Positions 1 to 13,642 of a stretch of 64,000 nucleotides of DNA are shown here, one piece after another; position 1 is the first letter of the stretch; each line of letters opens with the position of its first letter. Position numbers and translations under genes: made by a program. This DNA is from Octopus sinensis (lineage: Eukaryota): positions 85,002,001 to 85,066,000 of the forward strand of contig NC_042997.1 in assembly GCF_006345805.1 (NCBI RefSeq). Reading direction: 5' to 3'. A model generated the notes under the pieces. It was not told where the DNA came from. It saw nothing but the letters and a program-made list of their open reading frames with translations, and did not search any database.

Positions 1-282
1 CATGGAGACTAGTGGTAGCTTGTGTCAGCAAAACTCATATTTATTATATTTTATTTTATTACTAAATCATATTTAGTCCGTATAGCATTCGGAGAAAAGT
101 ATCTGACGTTTCAGATTGTACCACACGCCTATAAGTGAACATTTTTTCGACGCCCTTGTATTAAAAGAGCAAGATCACAATGCAGAAAGATTGGAAGTGG
201 CATAAAATCAGTTGACGTGCGTGCATGAAAGTCAATATTGACTGGAGAAAGAAACTAAGCAAATTTGGGAAAAGGTGAATCT

Positions 283-420
283 TTAAGCTCTGAATTTAAA
301 TCCCGCCGAGGCAAACTTTTGTTTTTTATCCCCTCATGGTCGATAAAATAAAGTATCAGTAACGTACTGGGGTCGATATAATCAACTTGTCCTCTCCCCT
401 CTAAAAATTGCTGGCTTTTT
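283..420 (+). mobile_element. SINE family A fragment (tRNA-type)
   Basis: Matches the body of the full copy at 37879-38089 (gaatttaaatcccgccgagg...ggtcgataaaataaagta...tactggggtcgat). Confidence 0.75.
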
Positions 421-1494
421 ACCTGTTCAGATTGTTTCATTCAGAGGAATGTTGTTATTTCGGTCAATTATACGTTATGGAAATAGGATAACCGTCCTTC
501 GGAGTCCTAAGGCTCAAGAAAAATAACAAAAAAATTACCTTCACATACACATACTATTAATAATAATAGACTTCCAGGAAAAGGCAAACATAGAGTAGCC
601 AGTTTCTACCAGCTTTCAGAATCCAATTTGTTAGCTTTTTCCACCTCTTGTCATTTTTTCTGTAGGGATTGTCTACTCTAATTCCATTCCACGGTTTTCC
701 TTTTCTTTTCTCCCTTTTTTTTTGTACAAATTTGACAACGTCATTCAGCTTAATCTTGTATTTAATTCTTTATGTTATGATCCCTTCTATATATTTCAAT
801 ATAGTGATCCTGTTGCTGAATTACAGTACGTAACAATTATATTTTTCCCTTTGATCAGTAAGTATTATTTCCTATTTGTTTCTATCTAGAAATCAAACGA
901 AATTACTACTATTCCCTTCAAACTTTGCTTTTGTGACCATGTTTTGAAACTGATCTTTTTTTCCATTACATTTCAGACAGAATCAGCGCCGAATTGCCCA
1001 AGCAGAAATATCGTTATAGCAAATATTCTGCTCTGTACACAGATTTACTTGTCAATTGCTTAATCTTAACCACTTGATCGTGTCACTTAGTGAGGAAACA
1101 TCATAGCCATGTGTTGAGAGGAATTCTTTGGGATTTGAATAAATGTAACAACAGAACACTTTGATGGAAATAATAGCCATTTTCTACACTTTCTAGGGTT
1201 AAGCAAACAGGAAATAACAGTTGCTACCCAAGTGTTATCATTAACTTGCTTATCACTTTTCAATGTATCTAATCTAGTGTAAACCGGTAAATAGAATTCA
1301 TACAAAAACAAGTAACAGGAAAACGTAATCAAAACAAACGGACTCCTGATCGCCTACATCAGCAAATCTCAGATAATGAAATTAATTCTAAAAATAGATT
1401 AATTTCGAGTAATGTGAGGTAGTGGTTAACAATTAATAAATGAAAGACATAAAATATTTTAAATTGATCGCATGGTATATCACTTTCATTAAGC

Positions 1495-1750
1495 TATTTT
1501 TCTATGAATATTTTCATTGTTACAACCACTCGTTAGATATTCACATATATAGACATACATATGTGATATGCGGGCGTGCAAGTGTGCGTGTATATATATG
1601 TATGTATAAATATATGTATATATGTATGTATGTATGTATATATATGCATATAAGTATATATATACATATATATGCATATATGTATATTTATATATATATA
1701 TATAATATATAAATATATATATATATATATTATATATATATATATATATA

Positions 1751-1819
<69 letters not shown>

Positions 1820-1933
1820 TATACATACATATATATACACGCACACTTGCACGCCCGCATATCACATAAGTATGTCTGTATATGTGAATATCTAATGAGT
1901 GGTTGTAACTGTGAAAATATCCATAGAAAAATA
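1495..1933. repeat. ~115-bp inverted repeat (arms 1495-1609 and 1820-1933) around a TA-rich spacer
   Basis: Arms align as reverse complements with 6 mismatches by manual count; mirrored peptides appear in ORFs 1489..1815(-) and 1784..2005(+). Confidence 0.9.
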
Positions 1934-2104
1934 TGCATATACATATATATATATATATATTATATATATATATATATATATATGCATATACATATATATA
2001 TATAGATACATATATATACATATATATAGATGTATATATATATGCATGTGTTTGTATGTGTGTATGCGTGCGTGTATGTGTTTATGTGTGTATAATAATT
2101 ATAA

Positions 2105-2940
2105 CCTAAGTATTGTATAGAAGCGCCATCTGTAGCCACAGTTACAATCTTCTCGAACAGACAATGGAACAATTATGAATGTATATATAGATTGATAGAT
2201 CTGCCACTCTATGTGTGAATGTGTGTATGTTTGGAGCCTGTATGAAGTTTGTTGTCATCGAATTTCAAGCAATCATTGTTGAATGTGGAAGATAAAACAC
2301 CTACACCATATTCTAAACATAGAATATTCCGGGCGGCTGTGTTCTATTTACACATTCTTAAACTATAAGATGACTTCATTTTATTGCTACAAGCTATTTC
2401 AAGTGTTTTAGCATAGAGTGCATCTGTTATTGACAACCTTTTACAAAAGCACTTTCATACGATATAACTTACACAAATGAAAACTGGGCTAACATTCATT
2501 TGGGTAATGAACACTTTTTAATAGAAGTGTCTGGATGTAAGGCAACCAGCGGTCTTTTTCTGTGCAGCACGATGTATTTTCCAATCTGTTATATATAAGT
2601 CTAGAAACATGGAAAAAACCCCTCAGCAGCTAACATTGTAGAAGAGTTATTTCAAATTCCCTTTTCATTCATTTCGCTGCACCGCTACGTTTTGATTGCT
2701 GATACAATCCTGCGAAGAAATTAATTCATACTAATTGCAAATGTCCCAAACAACCTCTTTAAAATGCTGTTATCTGATCCCGTTTTTTCTCTTCATCACC
2801 TATTTTTTGTTGCTGTTTTGTATTGCTTTGCTCCACGTCAGCTTTCACCGATAATGCTTACAGTCAAAGGTATTCAAGACTTACGTAGCCATCTCTTCTA
2901 TTACTAAGTCGCTGGTAACTAAAGGCACGCCCACCAGACT
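2105..2940 (-). pseudogene. Possible decayed hAT-type transposase relic
   Basis: Minus-strand EKIVTVATDGAS resembles the hAT TDGA motif; weak upstream IGES- and SRRI-like remnants; many stops. Confidence 0.35.
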
Positions 2941-2989
2941 TATTTGGTGAAAATGATTGTCAAAAGTCTCAAAACTAAGAGTTAAGAGA

Positions 2990-3116
2990 AAGGAGTGGTA
3001 AGACGCTTGCATCCCAGTCACATAGTTCCGGGTTCAATATCTCCTACTTTAGCCTTGGGACGACCAAAGCGTTGTGAGTGGATTTGGTGAACGGAAACTG
3101 AAAGAAGCCCATCGTT

Positions 3117-3158
<42 letters not shown>

Positions 3159-3390
3159 TATGCGTGTCTCTGTCTTGCTGTCTTTGTTTCTCTACTGACA
3201 CCATTCGACAACCGGTGTTGGTGTATTTATGTCCTCGTAACTTAGCGGCTCGGCGAAACGGTCGATAGAATAAGTACCAGGCTTTAAAAAGGTAAGTACT
3301 GGGATCAGTTCATTCAACTCAAAGTTCTTCAAGATGGTGCCCCAGTATGGCTGCAGTCTAATGACTGAAGCAAGTAAAAGATAAAAGATA
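2990..3390 (+). mobile_element. SINE family B with internal TA microsatellite
   Basis: Collinear with the full copy at 20185-20605 (gaccaaagc.ttgtgagtggatttgg...gaaagaagccc, and tail atgactgaagcaagtaaaaga). Confidence 0.85.
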
Positions 3391-3487
3391 GCAAAGAAAG
3401 TAATTTTGGTCAACCGAGTGATCGGTATTTTGTAATAAACAGCAGGCACTTCAACTTTCCTAGCAAAGGTGCTTAACTGGCACTTAC

Positions 3488-3642
3488 TAACTCTATTTAA
3501 TTTCTTTAATCAGTAGACTGTCACTTATTGTCCATATGTATCCTTCTGCTCCACTTAATCCATTCTGGATTAAGCCGAGCAGGAGGACACACGCGGAAGG
3601 AAAGTGTCGCTCAAGAGCTCACAGATGTATGACGAGAGATTT
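3488..3642 (-). other. Candidate exon, no continuous open frame
   Basis: Pyrimidine-rich acceptor ttgtccag| and donor |gtaagt; unique sequence; stops in all three frames. Confidence 0.2.
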
Positions 3643-4562
3643 CTGGACAATACATTTGAGATAAAAGAAAAACAGTACTAAACGAAAAACGAACGAATAT
3701 ATAATGCGTGTATCCCTTATTCATTTTATTTGATTTGCTTATATTTATTTTATACAACAATCTTTTAATAATAGGACCACTAGTTACAAATTTCTAACCT
3801 TCCAATAAAGAGCTTGCTGCATTTCTTAAAGTAAAGGTGAGGGTGACAAGGGCCCACGTATTTTTCCTCTCGCCGATGTTCATATTCTTCGCCGATATAC
3901 GTCGGTGAAAGTTGTATGCGCATATATAACTATATAATTTTGATGCGACTCTACCCTGTGCTGTTCTCTCTCTCCCTCCTTCGTTTTCTCTCTCTTCCTT
4001 TCTCTAATTCTATTTTTCTTCTCTTCCCCTCATTTCGTTTTCTTTCTCTCATCCTTGCTCTAATCCTTCCCCCTTTCACCGTTTTCTATCCTTCTCTCTC
4101 TCTTTCTCCTTTACTTTCTCTCGCTACTCATATGTGACCATCATCCATCTTTCTTTTCCTTCAGTCTGTTGCACAGACCAGACGCATTCTTATCTGTCTC
4201 CACTCCTATCTTTTCTCTTGTCAAAGAATATTCCTTCAGCGTTCGCTAACTTAACTCGTCTGGCGAAACGGCGCTCCATGTTTGTTTTCATTAGGTTTGT
4301 TGTATGTCTCTACTGTCATATTTTTGTTACCAGCTTTGATCCTCCGCAAAAACCCAAATTTCATTTTGGTTCGCGGGAGCAACTGTTTTTCGAAGCCTCA
4401 TATTGTCGTTAATTACTCAAAATATGGAGTAGATGAACAGCCAACAACTGATGAAGGGTCGTTCTTTATGTTAATTGTTTTGTTTTCCATTTGTTTTTCT
4501 CGTTGCTCGCATACCCCAGTTTGCCTTCGTGTTTCCTGTTGTTTACGTTTTGTGACGTCCTG

Positions 4563-4610
<48 letters not shown>

Positions 4611-4614
4611 TGTA

Positions 4615-4651
<37 letters not shown>

Positions 4652-4802
4652 GTAAGTATGTACATATAAGTATGTATATATGCATATATATATATATATG
4701 TGTGTGTATGTATGTATATGTGTCTATATACATATATATATATATATGCATATATATAAATACATTTATATATGCGTGTGTGAGTATATATTTACATATA
4801 TT

Positions 4803-4841
<39 letters not shown>

Positions 4842-5314
4842 GCGTGTGTGTGTATACAAACGCAAACACAAACTTTGACCGTGACCTTTTTCTTGATCAT
4901 ATGTAGCCAGTAGTTTTAGTCATTCAATCGTCTCTTCTGTAAAGTAGCGATGCGGTTTTCACTTCAATAATCATTTTTCCATTAAAAAGCTGACGCTCTA
5001 CAGTCTAGCTGTAAAATAGGTATTTAATTATATATTTCTATTATGTGATTTATTTCATTTGTTTAATTGTCTAACATTATTATCATATAGACAATTAGAT
5101 GCTTCTCTGAATATATCAGCAAACTTTTTCATTGAGTTCTTTTGTGATATATGCCACAGATGCAAACCGCGTGTATGTATCTTACTTTCCCCTGATGTAT
5201 ATGTAAAGTGTTATATGTGTTGATAGGTTTCCACGGAGTATCTGTCCATGGAATTCTGCTTACAAGATATTAGTCAACCCGAGGCTCTGGTAAAAGAGTT
5301 AGTGTTTAGGGTAC

Positions 5315-5360
5315 TTCTGGTTGACGAGACCCAATATGTCGAAACACCGGTGTCTTAGAA
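5315..5360 (+). ncRNA. Minimal type I hammerhead ribozyme candidate
   Basis: Stem I UUCUGG/UUAGAA, core UUGACGA, stem II GAC/GUC, GAA, palindromic stem III ACACCGGUGU, GUC triplet. Confidence 0.6.
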
Positions 5361-5981
5361 TCCCTTGCGCCAATGATCTGAGTGTGTTTTGAACACGTAG
5401 TTGTCGCAACAGGGAAAATTTGTTCTCCTGTGACGTACTCAGCAGTGACTAACATATTTACGCTTGAATTTGCTAGAACGTATAAAGAATAAAATTACAA
5501 AACGTCGTCTCAGATTTCACTGTACATAGAGCAAATAAAGATTTTTTAGTCATTGCTATAACATCCTGGAACCATGTGACTGTGGTCTTTCAGATGTATA
5601 ACTGATAGTATATTTTGCATGCATAGCTTGCAGTGTCAGGTTAAATATATGCAACTGAAAAACCATTCCAGTCTATCTTCACTTGAATCCCTACACATGC
5701 ATGAATTCTTCAGCGATGTTCTTATAACCATACGAGTTGTTTTACATCATTGGAAATAAAATTTGCTGATCGCCCAAAACATCTTTTATTACTAATTGCT
5801 CTTAACGTATTTCACTCGCTCACTGTTTCATTGCTTCATGTATAAAGATACGGCAAGCAGTTAGCTTAATCAAAGCAGAACCGACGAGCGGATGTCGATG
5901 ATTCTTAAGCCCAAGAAACACTCACTGGATATCTTACACTTGTTGATTGCCAACAAGAATTTTAACATTTGTTTCAAATTT

Positions 5982-6165
5982 TGGCACAAGGCCAGTAATT
6001 TTAGGAGAAGGGTAAGTCGATGATATCGACCCCAGTGTTCAATTGGAACTTATTTTTCGACCCCGAAAGGATGAAACCAGCGGTATTTGAACTTAAAGTC
6101 GAGATAAAATGCTGCTAAACATTCATTTTGTCCACTGAAGTAACGAATCTGCCAGCTCGCCATCC
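5982..6165 (-). mobile_element. SINE family A copy
   Basis: Reverse complement of the family A body and tail (ggcacaaggcc...cgaccccgaaaggatgaaa). Confidence 0.8.
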
Positions 6166-7320
6166 TCACAAGAATTTTGTTTAACATTACAACATTTTAC
6201 ACCATTGGTCATTCTAAAACTATATCATTCTCGCTTTATTTTAGAATGCTAAGATAATACCTAACAGCCAGTCGAATCAAAAGTCTTCGAAATACTTATT
6301 GTCAAGGGTTTTAAGCCCAGGAAATTTAATTCGTCCTGGATATGTCCAACAACTAGCAAAAAAGCGTCAGGCATGGTTAGAGCTCAGAACTGTAAAAAAC
6401 AAAATTACTTTTTAAATGATAATTTGAGGTTAATAAGAAAGGTATCAAATTCTATAAAAGGGGCTAGAGATAAAACGATTAAATTGATCTTAGTTTGTTA
6501 ATGGTAGTCAATAGTATCAAACAGCTGAACGAGTGCTCATGGGCAATGAAAAAGTGCTTATGTGGTCGCTCGGCCAGCTAAAAATAGCTGGTATCCCGTT
6601 AAAATGAAAAAAATAAACTTAACAGATGATATATTCTGTGAGTTAAAAGACAGACTACTTATCCCTTTGACAATGGTTTTGCTCAATCACTGATGGTCTT
6701 GGACTAAACAACAATGATAACAAGAGTATGAACGGTAAATGAAGTAAAAGGTGATTTCGAACTCGTGCGTGGATTATATTTAAATTTATTTTGCAATACT
6801 GAACTCAATTTTCTCAGGTAGGCCACTTCTATCACCACACCAAATCAAACACTAGGTGAATGAATTCTCTCAAGTTAATTCCATAATCTAGAAACTATTT
6901 CATTCATAAAATCCCATTCTAAACTTTTTACGTAGTCCTTCTCTCTGAAAAAGATAAAACTGAATCTCACTTTCTGTCAGCTTGTTTCTCCAGTAACAGA
7001 TAAACCTGCAATAGTTCAAACTGAACATTAACCGAACAAATTGATTTCACTTAATATTATTTCTTTTCCCTCAACTATGAGAAGGGACTGAAAAAAAAAA
7101 CAATTAGGAGCACTGCCTCTTCATTTTAACCACCTTCGTCTCCTCGTGCCCCTTCAAAAATGATGAATGAACAAGTAAATTTACCCTCCCTTTCGTCTCA
7201 TCCTTTAACCATAGTCTTTTACTATCTCTCTCTCTCTCTCTTCACATATATTCACATATATACATGTACATATATTTATATATATAGGCGTGTGTATGTG
7301 TGTATATATGTATATATGTA

Positions 7321-7379
<59 letters not shown>

Positions 7380-7684
7380 TGTGTGTGTGTGTGTATCTTT
7401 TATTGTTTAATCTTTTCCTGTCTTTTACTTACTCGTTCTCACCTTGATGTTCTTCATTCAATTAATCATTCAATATAATCTTCCATCTCCTTCTCTCTCC
7501 CTCCGTACCACAGCTATTTATTGCTCCCTATTTCACGCAATCTCCATTCATTCTTTCTTCTTTAAGAAACGTACTCTGCCCATTAATTCTCAACCAACTC
7601 CCACCTTCTTTCCTTCTGACTATCTGCAACCATTCATTCTCCTCCCAAACAAACACACACCACACATGCACACAAGAACACATA

Positions 7685-7743
<59 letters not shown>

Positions 7744-8101
7744 TCACACACTCTTTAACTCACCACGAATTTCGGTAGCATTTATTCTCTCCAGACATCA
7801 CATCACCTCCGGCTTCTACACTGAACCGAACTTTAAAAAAACAAAACAAAAAGAAATGCTTATTTGTAATACTCAGTCAGTCTCATTATATATATCATTC
7901 ACATATGGTTTGTTTTGCATTTTCTTTTTTTTTTTTCTTTGTACAATCTTTTCACTTCCATCTATTCTACTTAGCCGTTGCCAGAGAAGGCATCACATTG
8001 TTAAATTCTAACACCTTTTAGCCTCTCTCTGTCTACAGGTATTGTTCAATGTTCAATGTGTTGAAAAGAATGGTGCTTGAGAAATTTGAAACATCAATCC
8101 G

Positions 8102-8135
<34 letters not shown>

Positions 8136-8879
8136 CACACATACACATACACAAACACATGCACACGCACACGCACACACATGCCACGCAGGTATGTGGC
8201 GTGTGTATGTATAAGTGTGCATGTATATATTATATGTATGTATGCATATATGTGTATTATATATGTATGCGTGTATGTAAGTGAGTGTGTGTATGTTTAT
8301 GTACATATACATCAATAGTATATATTTGTGTGTGTGTGTGCGTATGTGTGTGTGTGTGTGTGTGTGCAAAACGATCTGATGAAGAATAAGTACAAAAATA
8401 GGTGTGAGAATGGGAGGTCATAAAAAGAGTAGATACATAGAGACCGAGAGAGGGAGGGAGAGAGAGAAGGAAGGGGAGTCAGCACTGTAGTTCCTTCTTC
8501 TATTTCTTCTTCTTTTTCTTTTTCTTTCTTCTTCTTCTTCTTCTTCTTCTTCTTCTTCTTCTTCTTCTTCTTCTTCTTCTTCTTTTTCTTCTTCTTCCTC
8601 ACCTACGTGGTGAAGTTAGATTAGAAAATAAAAATAAAGAGGGTGGATCTCAAGCAGGGACTATAGCGTAGTATTTATTCTTATTCGTTTGATTAACCAA
8701 ATGTTTTTATCATGCCGACAGCAAATTCTCTTATTGAGGAATGGCAACAAATGAACACCAAAAGGAAAAACAAACTGCCAAGTAAGGAATTTGTTAATTT
8801 GGTAGGTGCTGGAGAATTAATGAGGTAATGGAAAAATAGAGACAAGAGATTAGGAATAGTGATGGGGAACAGGATAAAG

Positions 8880-8918
<39 letters not shown>

Positions 8919-9085
8919 AGTGTGTGTGCGCGCGCATGTGTGTGTGCATAAGAGGGAGGGAACTAGGAGACATACAAGACTGAAAGAGGGTATGGAATAG
9001 ACGCACACATACACAAACACGCATACATATGCGCACGCACCACACACACACACACACACCACACACACACCACACAACACACACT

Positions 9086-9134
<49 letters not shown>

Positions 9135-9408
9135 ATGTTTGTGTGTGTATATGTGTATGAGAGAGAAAAAAAGAAAGAATGAGAGATGAGAAAAAGAGAT
9201 CGGAGAAAGAAAGATGAGAGAAAGAGAAAAGGATGGAGAGAAAAGAAAATGATGTATGGAGAAAGGTTAAAACAAAAAATTCAACTTAAGGCAATATAAA
9301 TTGGAAAATGAAATGACAAAATGAGTGATGAAAATAGGATGATGTTGATGATGATGACGATGAGTGTAGTGGTGGTTTTGGTAAAGTAGTAGTAGTAGTA
9401 GTAGTAGT

Positions 9409-9451
<43 letters not shown>

Positions 9452-10155
9452 CTGTTGTGGAAGAAGAAGAAATGAAGAAGAAACAAGAAGAACAACAACA
9501 AAACCAACAACAACAGTATAACAATGATTAAAATAAAAACGTGTAATTTTAGTCTGATTTTTTTTTATACTTTTGCTTTTGTTATTTATTATCTAGAGAG
9601 CGGGAAAAAAATAAAGAAAATGAGACAGACAGACAAGCAGACAGACACAGGAGTATTACAAGAACGGTGGTGATGCATAAATGTGTATGTCTTGGTGATC
9701 GCGTATACATGTATGCGCATGTGTAGGCGTATGGACGCACACACACGAACGCGTGCTCACACACACATAACAAATACACACACACATTTATATATATATA
9801 TATATCGGATTGCGGGAAAGAACGGAGAAAAGGGGTGAAAAAGAGAGAAAGCTGTGACAAAAGACTTAGACAACTTATTCATGCAAACAGTTTAGCTGTA
9901 GAGAGCAACTAAACATATGTAAATAGATAAGGCTACCCATCACCATCTGTCTGTTTAAATTCAGTAATTGATTCTTGACTAGCTGTGCTCCTGAACTGGA
10001 GTACACTTGATGAGCCGTACAGGTTGATCTTGATCATCGAGGAGGATTCAAGCGTATTTATTCGAAGAAATTTTTAAACTGGCTAAGAAGCATGCTATCA
10101 TAATTCTTTCCTGTGTGCTAGCTTATCATCATATTTTCCCTTCTCTCTGCTTGCA

Positions 10156-10203
<48 letters not shown>

Positions 10204-10221
10204 CGTGGGAGGTAAAGGAGT

Positions 10222-10510
10222 AGTGGTCGCTCGGTCAAGTAGTTAGCTTCACGACCACGTGGTTTGGTTTCAGTTCCACAACGCAGCACCTTGAGTAAGC
10301 GTTTTTTTTTTACGGTAGCTCCGGGTCAACTAATGCCTTGTCAGTGAATTTGTCGGAAACTGTGGAAACCCGTCTGTGTAGGGGGGGGGGATTGCGCGTG
10401 CATGCATGTTTTTACTTTGTTCGCTAACCGCTAAGCAATTGGTGTTGACTTGTTTACGTCCCCGTAACTAAGCGGTTTCAGCGAAGACTTTCATAGAATA
10501 AGTAACAGAT
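10222..10510 (+). mobile_element. Diverged SINE family B copy
   Basis: Head gaccacgtggtttggtttcagttccac...gcagcaccttgag and body tgtttacgtccccgtaactaagcggtt. Confidence 0.7.
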
Positions 10511-11279
10511 TTCATACAATTTCAGGATACTCATGACAAGAGCATTGAAGAGATTCATTAAAGGATCATATTTAAACTGATGTATCAGCCGTCAGTCAGT
10601 CGACTCTGTATCCAACATATATCCTATATGTTGTGCTTCATACATACAAACCTCAAGCCTCTTGTCTCCAGTCCGTTCTTTGAGGTTGTCAGTCCACTAA
10701 CGTTCCCTTCCGTTCCACATTTCCTATTAGGATGGTTTTCGACAATGGCTTGTAATGCATCGTATTTCCAAAGTATGATAGCTTTGTAGACTTGATTATC
10801 GCGAACATGCGTGTATACTGAATCGAGAAATATTGGGATTTTGGTATTCAATTAGGCAATTTACAGCAAGGTCGACCGAGCGCCCACGTAACAGGCAACA
10901 AAAAGAGAATTTAATGGCTCATATTCTGTCTTTAGTTCTTCGGTATTGTAGTTTATCAGTGTCCAGTACACTTAAGTCTCAATTTACTCTGTATATCGAG
11001 TTACAAAACAAGTACATGAGACGGGAAAACTAATTGCTTCAAGCAATGATATGGCTACTATTTGACGAGTGATTCTTTCATTTACCATCTTCAAGAAAAG
11101 CTACCAATGACAAACTTAAGTCTTATTCAAGGGCATATTTATCTTTCATCTGTAAAACTATAGACAATTACCAAGGTACATGGATCAATGTTATACCGAA
11201 AGGGTTAGCTTTTACTCCAATATTTAAGGGTGTGTTGGCCTAAAGTTTCAGCGAATTTTTGTCTTCTCCATTACTGATT

Positions 11280-11470
11280 CATCCCATCATCCAGTTGAGC
11301 TTGCTCGCACAGTTTTAACCCACACACATTTTCTATCTCGGTCCTGCATTAGTTGTGCGAAGTCTTCCGGGAGGCAACCATTACCTTTGGTGAGTTGATC
11401 TACATACGTTGTATTCGGACGACCTGCTCGAGTACGGCCATGCTTTGGCTGTCTCGCAAAGTGCAAGAGC
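11280..11470 (-). mobile_element. RTE-clade LINE 3' end relic
   Basis: Minus translation QPKHGRTRAGRPNTTYVDQLTKGNGCLPEDFAQLMQDRD fits the RTE ORF2 C-terminal pattern. Confidence 0.7.
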
Positions 11471-13336
11471 TTTTTTTTCTTATAATGGTAGAATGTGTTA
11501 TTAGCTTATCCTAAATATTCCGTAAAGGGTTACCAGAATTTTGCATATTCGCAGGGCCTCGTAAATGCGATCTAGTTCAAACAAGTGCTACCCAATGTAA
11601 TTATAGAAAAATGTGTGAAAATGAGATTGACTGAGTATCAGACCAATCAACAATTAACTGGTTTCTTTATAGAAAATCGTCGCACAAGCTTTCATTATTT
11701 ACCAGCAAAAACCTCGCGCGCCAGCTAGAATTTCGTATGTTATTCAAAAAAATGAAATCACATCACTTACAGGCATAAATGAACAAGTTCAAAGAAGTCT
11801 TTAAATTTCTCAAATGAAGCTCACACAGTTGTAGTGACTTAAGTACGAATGATTACACAAATTTTAACACACACACACATATACATATATATATATATGT
11901 ATATATATATATATTCCGAATTTGTGTAAATGTGTAAAGAATAATATATCAGTTGAATAAAGTTAAAACATGGTCTGGTTTACATGTGTGTGTGTGTGTG
12001 TGTGTGAGTTTGTGTATATACATATATATACATGAATACTAACGCACTCACAGACACACACATCACACATACACATTACATACATGTACATATATATATA
12101 TATATATATATATTTATTTCTGAAACTGTAGATTCTCATTAAGCAGAATACGTACAGAGCGTAAAGTATATGATTGATTAAGAAATATGTTTTTCATAAA
12201 GAAATTAAAGAAATTAATAAAATCCCAACGATTTAATCTTTTAAAAATCTCCTTATTTTCTTTTTCTCTTATTTTACATGTAAACATGTGACTATTTGGC
12301 AATCATTGATGTCTTTAGTTTATCGTCGTTATCGATGTTGTTGTTGTTGTTGCTGTTGTTGTTACTGCTGTTAATATTGTTGTTATTATTGACGATGTTT
12401 GCATTGGTGATGTTGTTGCTGTTGTGCAATTCCAGTCAACTCCAGTTAACTATTTCCCGGCCGTAACCAAGAGTCATTTTCCCATCTAGAGTGACATTAA
12501 TCAAATAAGTCATCCTCTTTAAAGTTATAGGTAGGGTGTGATTTGAGAGAGATTTCACAACTAATTTTAGGAAGTCAAACAACTGCAAGTGATAACTTCG
12601 TTACCCCTTAATGAAGGAACGAAAAACGTAACTAAGTAAGTTCGGCGATCTAATAACAGACAACTGAATGAGAGAACAATGATGTGCATGGTCCATTTTG
12701 AAAAAAAGTTTTGATGTAACAATGATGAATGTTTCAAAGCATTGAATCAAGCTGGAATCCTAAGATTCATACGAGCCATGGCGTGATCCCCTATAGAGTT
12801 GCTAAACCTTCTAGAAAGGTAACTAGATGTCCCTTGTATCGTCTGGAAAATGAATGAGGTGTAAAGATTAATATCTACTATAATAATACTCTTGTGTTTT
12901 TCTCCGTCACAACATATAAATGAGAAAGGAAGGAGTGATAGGTGAATAAGGAATGAAGGGGTAATGGTAAACTGGTAGTGGGATGATGAAAATACTACGG
13001 TGAAAAAAATCAAACAGCGTTTCAACTGTGTGAGTATATGTGCATACGTGAAGTACGTGAATGTATTTGTGAATCAGCGCTCTTTCAGAAACAAAGGATG
13101 ATCGATGTCACATCTCAAAAGACAACCACTAGATAACATTGATAGGTTTATTAATTTGATTTACTATCCATATTCTATGTTTTGTTAAAAATAATTATTA
13201 TAATCACACACACCTACACAAACATAGACATATACAAACTCATAAGGGAAAATAATTATTCCCTGGGTGTATCAAGAATATAAAATGGCTGCAGTTGAAA
13301 GGTATATTATAAATTTGGTAACAAAAGAATTATTAA

Positions 13337-13566
13337 CCCAGTAATGCATAAAGTTTATCAATGATTATTTTTAAAGAAGATTTTCAGGGATTAATAATAA
13401 TATATTACATAGTACTCAAACAAACTTTTAATGATTTTTCTCTTATTGTTTCAAGATACAGAGGGTCCATTTTTCTGGACGTTATGCCCTCATCAGCATA
13501 TAAAGTCCCTGTAATATTGCAGCTAAATTTTACATACACACACACACACACGCACACACACACACA

Positions 13567-13642
<76 letters not shown>

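Noticed and set aside
6900-6946. EKDYVKSL resembling a RhoGEF DH motif after an acceptor
   Set aside because: Frame stops after about 22 codons, no donor, downstream residues do not fit.
13465-13500. Minus-strand CUGAUGA-GGGC..GUCC-AGAAA hammerhead-like string
   Set aside because: No stem III or stem I pairing found; lies in the piggyBac subterminal region.
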